Source of the DNA: an uncultured Gammaproteobacteria bacterium
GTDB taxonomy: Bacteria; Pseudomonadota; Gammaproteobacteria; UBA9214
DNA: 64,000 bases
Reading direction: 5' to 3'
NCBI GenBank assembly: GCA_963748215.1
Contig: CAVVHS010000003.1
Span: forward strand, 1-64,000
Part shown: positions 61,173 through 64,000 of the stretch, one piece after another
Numbering within the stretch: the first letter of the stretch is position 1
Layout of the letters: every line of letters starts with the position of its first letter
Translations under genes and position numbers: made by a program
The notes under the pieces: model-generated
The model's database searches: none
The model's input: only the letters and a program-made list of their open reading frames with translations
Told to the model about the DNA's origin: nothing

Positions 61173-62522
61173 TCAGTCCCGGGTTGCATGTTCGATGCCG
61201 GAAAGTGCAACCTCGGCCATCAGGCCGATTTCCTCGGGCGTGATGACGTACGGCGGCATGAAATAGATGACATCGCCCAGCGGTCGGAGCAACACCCCGC
61301 GTTGCAAGGCGTGCTGGTAAACCCGCAGGCCGCGACGTTCCTGCCATGGGTACGGGCTGCGGCTGATCCTGTCCCTGACCATTTCGACGGCCAGGATCAT
61401 GCCGGTTTGCCGGACTTCGCCGATATGCGGATGGTCTTGCAGCGGGAGCGCGGCGGCATGCATGGCTTCTGCAAGCCGCCGGTTGTTTTCGATTACGTCG
61501 CCCGACTCGAACAGTTCGAGTGTCGCCAGTGCGGCGCGGCAGCCCAGCGGGTTACCGGTATAGCTGTGGGAATGCAGAAATGCAGACAGCTTGTCGTAGA
61601 CGTCATAGAAACAGTCATAAACGCTGTTGTTCGTCAAAACGACCGAGAGCGGCAGGTAGCCGCCCGTGAGTCCCTTTGACAGACACAGGAAATCCGGTGT
61701 TACGTTTGCCTGCTCACAGGCGAACAGGGTGCCGGTACGGCCGAAGCCGACGGCGATTTCATCGGCAATGAGGTGCACGTTGAACCGGTTACAGGCATCG
61801 CGCAACAGCTCCAGGTATACCGGGTCGTACATGCGCATACTGCCTGCACACTGCACAAGCGGTTCGATAATTACTGCGCAGACCTCATCCGCGTGCCGCT
61901 CGAGTGCGGATTCCATCTTGCCGAACTGCCGCATGCTGTAGTCATGCCAGCTTTCCCCGTCGGCCCGGTGATAACAGTCCGGTGATTCGACGCTGATGGT
62001 CTCCATCAGCAGTGGTGCGTAGGTGTTCCTGTACAGCTTGACATTGCCGACCGCAAGCGCGCCCAGGGTTTCGCCGTGATAGCTGTTTTGGAGCGTGATG
62101 AATTTCGTCTTGTTCACCTTGCCCTGATTACGCCAGGCGTGAAAGCTCATCTTGAGTGCAACCTCGATGGCCGAGGAGCCGTTATCGGCATAGAAGCAGC
62201 GCTCCAGCCCCGGTGGCGTGATCGCCACCAGCTTTTCCGATAATTCGATTACCGCTTCGTGAGTGAAGCCGGCAAGCAGCACGTGTTCCAGTGTGTCGAG
62301 CTGCTCGCGCAGCGCAGCGTTGATATGCGGGTTGCTGTGACCGAACAGGTTTACCCACCACGAGCTGATGGCATCGAGATAACGGTTGCCGTCGTAGTCC
62401 TCCAGCCAGACACCCTTGCCGGAGCGGATCGGGATGACCGGCAGCCACTCGTGGTCCTTCATCTGCGTGCAGGGATGCCACAGTACAGAAAGATCGCGAC
62501 GGGACAGTTCGGCGTTGGACAT
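61173..62522 (-). CDS. bioA: Adenosylmethionine-8-amino-7-oxononanoate aminotransferase
   Basis: WHPCTQM, SSWWVNLFGH, YHGET, ADEIAVGFGRTG, SKGLTGG. Confidence 0.94.
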   Translation of the reverse strand: MSNAELSRRDLSVLWHPCTQMKDHEWLPVIPIRSGKGVWLEDYDGNRYLDAISSWWVNLFGHSNPHINAALREQLDTLEHVLLAGFTHEAVIELSEKLVAITPPGLERCFYADNGSSAIEVALKMSFHAWRNQGKVNKTKFITLQNSYHGETLGALAVGNVKLYRNTYAPLLMETISVESPDCYHRADGESWHDYSMRQFGKMESALERHADEVCAVIIEPLVQCAGSMRMYDPVYLELLRDACNRFNVHLIADEIAVGFGRTGTLFACEQANVTPDFLCLSKGLTGGYLPLSVVLTNNSVYDCFYDVYDKLSAFLHSHSYTGNPLGCRAALATLELFESGDVIENNRRLAEAMHAAALPLQDHPHIGEVRQTGMILAVEMVRDRISRSPYPWQERRGLRVYQHALQRGVLLRPLGDVIYFMPPYVITPEEIGLMAEVALSGIEHATRD

Positions 62523-62903
62523 ACGGTGAAGATACTGGAAACAGCCTGCCATTGGCCACACGGAATATCCCGCACAGGCTTCGGTGACATGGTGAGAAAG
62601 AGGATGAACCCGATGCCGGCGTGGCGGGTATATTTACCACCTTCGGCACGAGCGGGGCGGCGCCTGACCGAATGATGGCGGATGCACAGGGATTGGAAAA
62701 AAAACGGCGGTCATCCCCTGCACCTGTCTTGCCGGGTGCGCCGGCCAGCCGTCATGTTCCTCGTACAGGCCGGTGACAGAGGCCTGCAGGGATGACACTA
62801 ACGTGCTCGCTGTATGCTGCGCCGATCATTACCGCCGGATGATGCCGCGTCTATCCACGCGCCATGAACCCGACATGCGCAGATGTCGCTCTCCCCTGCA
62901 GTC

Positions 62904-63704
62904 TCAGGGTTGCGGTCGAACTGCGGCGGGCGCGGTCGGTGCGGGGTTGGCCGGTGCGGGTGTAGCCGGCGCCGGCGGTCTGGCCGGCTTTATCGCAGCC
63001 TCAGCCGTTGCACTCGCCGTTGCGGCCTTGTCGAAGCAGTGGATGTATGCTGAGGTTCCTTCTGTGCTGACATAGGAAATCAGGCATTCCTTGTGGTTGG
63101 CCTCGTCCACTATCTTCCTTACAACCAGGTCGCCCTCGCGCAGGTAGCCCTGCTGCGAGATCCCGCCCTTGCCACTGCCCATGCTGTCATAGCAGGCCAG
63201 CGTAGGATTGGCGCTGCCGACTCTCACGAATGCGATCAGGCAGGTCTTGGTGCTGTCAGCATCGAGCACGCGTTCAATTTCCAGGTCGCCCTCGCGCAGG
63301 TGACCGGTGCGCTGGATATCGTCCTTGGCCGTGGGGCTGCTCCGGTAACAGTCGATTGCCGGTGCGGTGCCTTCGGCGCTGACGTAGGCCACCAGGCAGG
63401 ATACGTTATTCAGCCTGTCCTTGATCTTGCGGACGACCAGTTTGCCCTTCTTGAAGTGCCCGGTCTGGCTGACATTGGACCGGTAGCCACCCCGCGTGTC
63501 ATAGCAGCTCATCACTGGGCTGGTGCCCAGGGTCCTGACATAGAATGCCAGGCAGATCTTGTTGCTTTCGAGATCCGTGACGGTGCGCACGATCAGGTCG
63601 CTTTCGCGCAATGTACCGGTCTGCACCAGCAATGTGGATTGATAATCTTCAGCCGCCGCGAGTATCGGCAGGCCTGACAACAGCAGCGCAAGCAACCTTT
63701 TCAT
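62904..63704 (-). CDS. Secreted protein with four tandem ~52-aa two-cysteine repeats and a Pro/Ala-rich tail
   Basis: Signal peptide MKRLLALLLSGLPILAAA; AGGAGGAG RBS; the repeat is visible in the translation. Confidence 0.8.
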   Translation of the reverse strand: MKRLLALLLSGLPILAAAEDYQSTLLVQTGTLRESDLIVRTVTDLESNKICLAFYVRTLGTSPVMSCYDTRGGYRSNVSQTGHFKKGKLVVRKIKDRLNNVSCLVAYVSAEGTAPAIDCYRSSPTAKDDIQRTGHLREGDLEIERVLDADSTKTCLIAFVRVGSANPTLACYDSMGSGKGGISQQGYLREGDLVVRKIVDEANHKECLISYVSTEGTSAYIHCFDKAATASATAEAAIKPARPPAPATPAPANPAPTAPAAVRPQP

Positions 63705-64000
63705 TGTTCTCCTCCTATTATCCGGTTGATACCGATACCCTTTCGGGTATGACGGCTGTCGCTCCGTCCGGGTGCGAAATATTGCATAATCTTGTATGTA
63801 GCGATATGACAGTAAATAATTATAAATCGCAAACTATGGCGCTATACGCAATCATAATGTAATACCGATTGTGTATACGGCGTGTTTGACATAGGTCAGG
63901 TAAAGTGGAAATTACATATGCTTTTATTGACACTGGCCTGATGGATAAGCCCCCTTGGGATGATCCGGCTTGAGTGTATAACATCATAATACTAAAGGAA

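Overview
A GC-rich chromosomal segment whose gene content and order point to a gammaproteobacterium, probably an environmental genome or MAG. It is mostly housekeeping, in this order: ridA, recG, ubiCA, comF/bioBFHCD, an aa3-type cytochrome c oxidase cluster, corA, a photolyase cluster, eptA, rpoH-ftsXEY, an M16 peptidase pair, rsmD, a MacAB-type exporter, yqgE-ruvX-pyrR-pyrB-pyrC', tonB, apbE-gshB, a pilGHIJ-chpA-chpC chemosensory cluster, rsmE and bioA. The unusual features are non-coding or hidden from the ORF track. (1) A ~300-bp ORF-less element between convergent ubiA and comF has perfect 20-bp inverted repeats ending in CTAG. It encloses a TTGACA promoter and a ~170-nt two-domain structured RNA that resembles an IS110-family left-end/bridge RNA, with no recombinase nearby. 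(2) A cryptic DpnI-like restriction nuclease gene is split by an IS5 fragment. (3) Nested inverted repeats lie between bioF and bioH. (4) A 48-bp structured mini-element is inserted at the same CTCT^G position in two repeat arms and shows compensatory base changes. (5) Inverted heptamer arrays lie between ftsE and ftsY. Several frameshifts in the first ~9 kb look like sequencing or assembly indels. All family assignments come from motif recognition by eye; no database searches were run.
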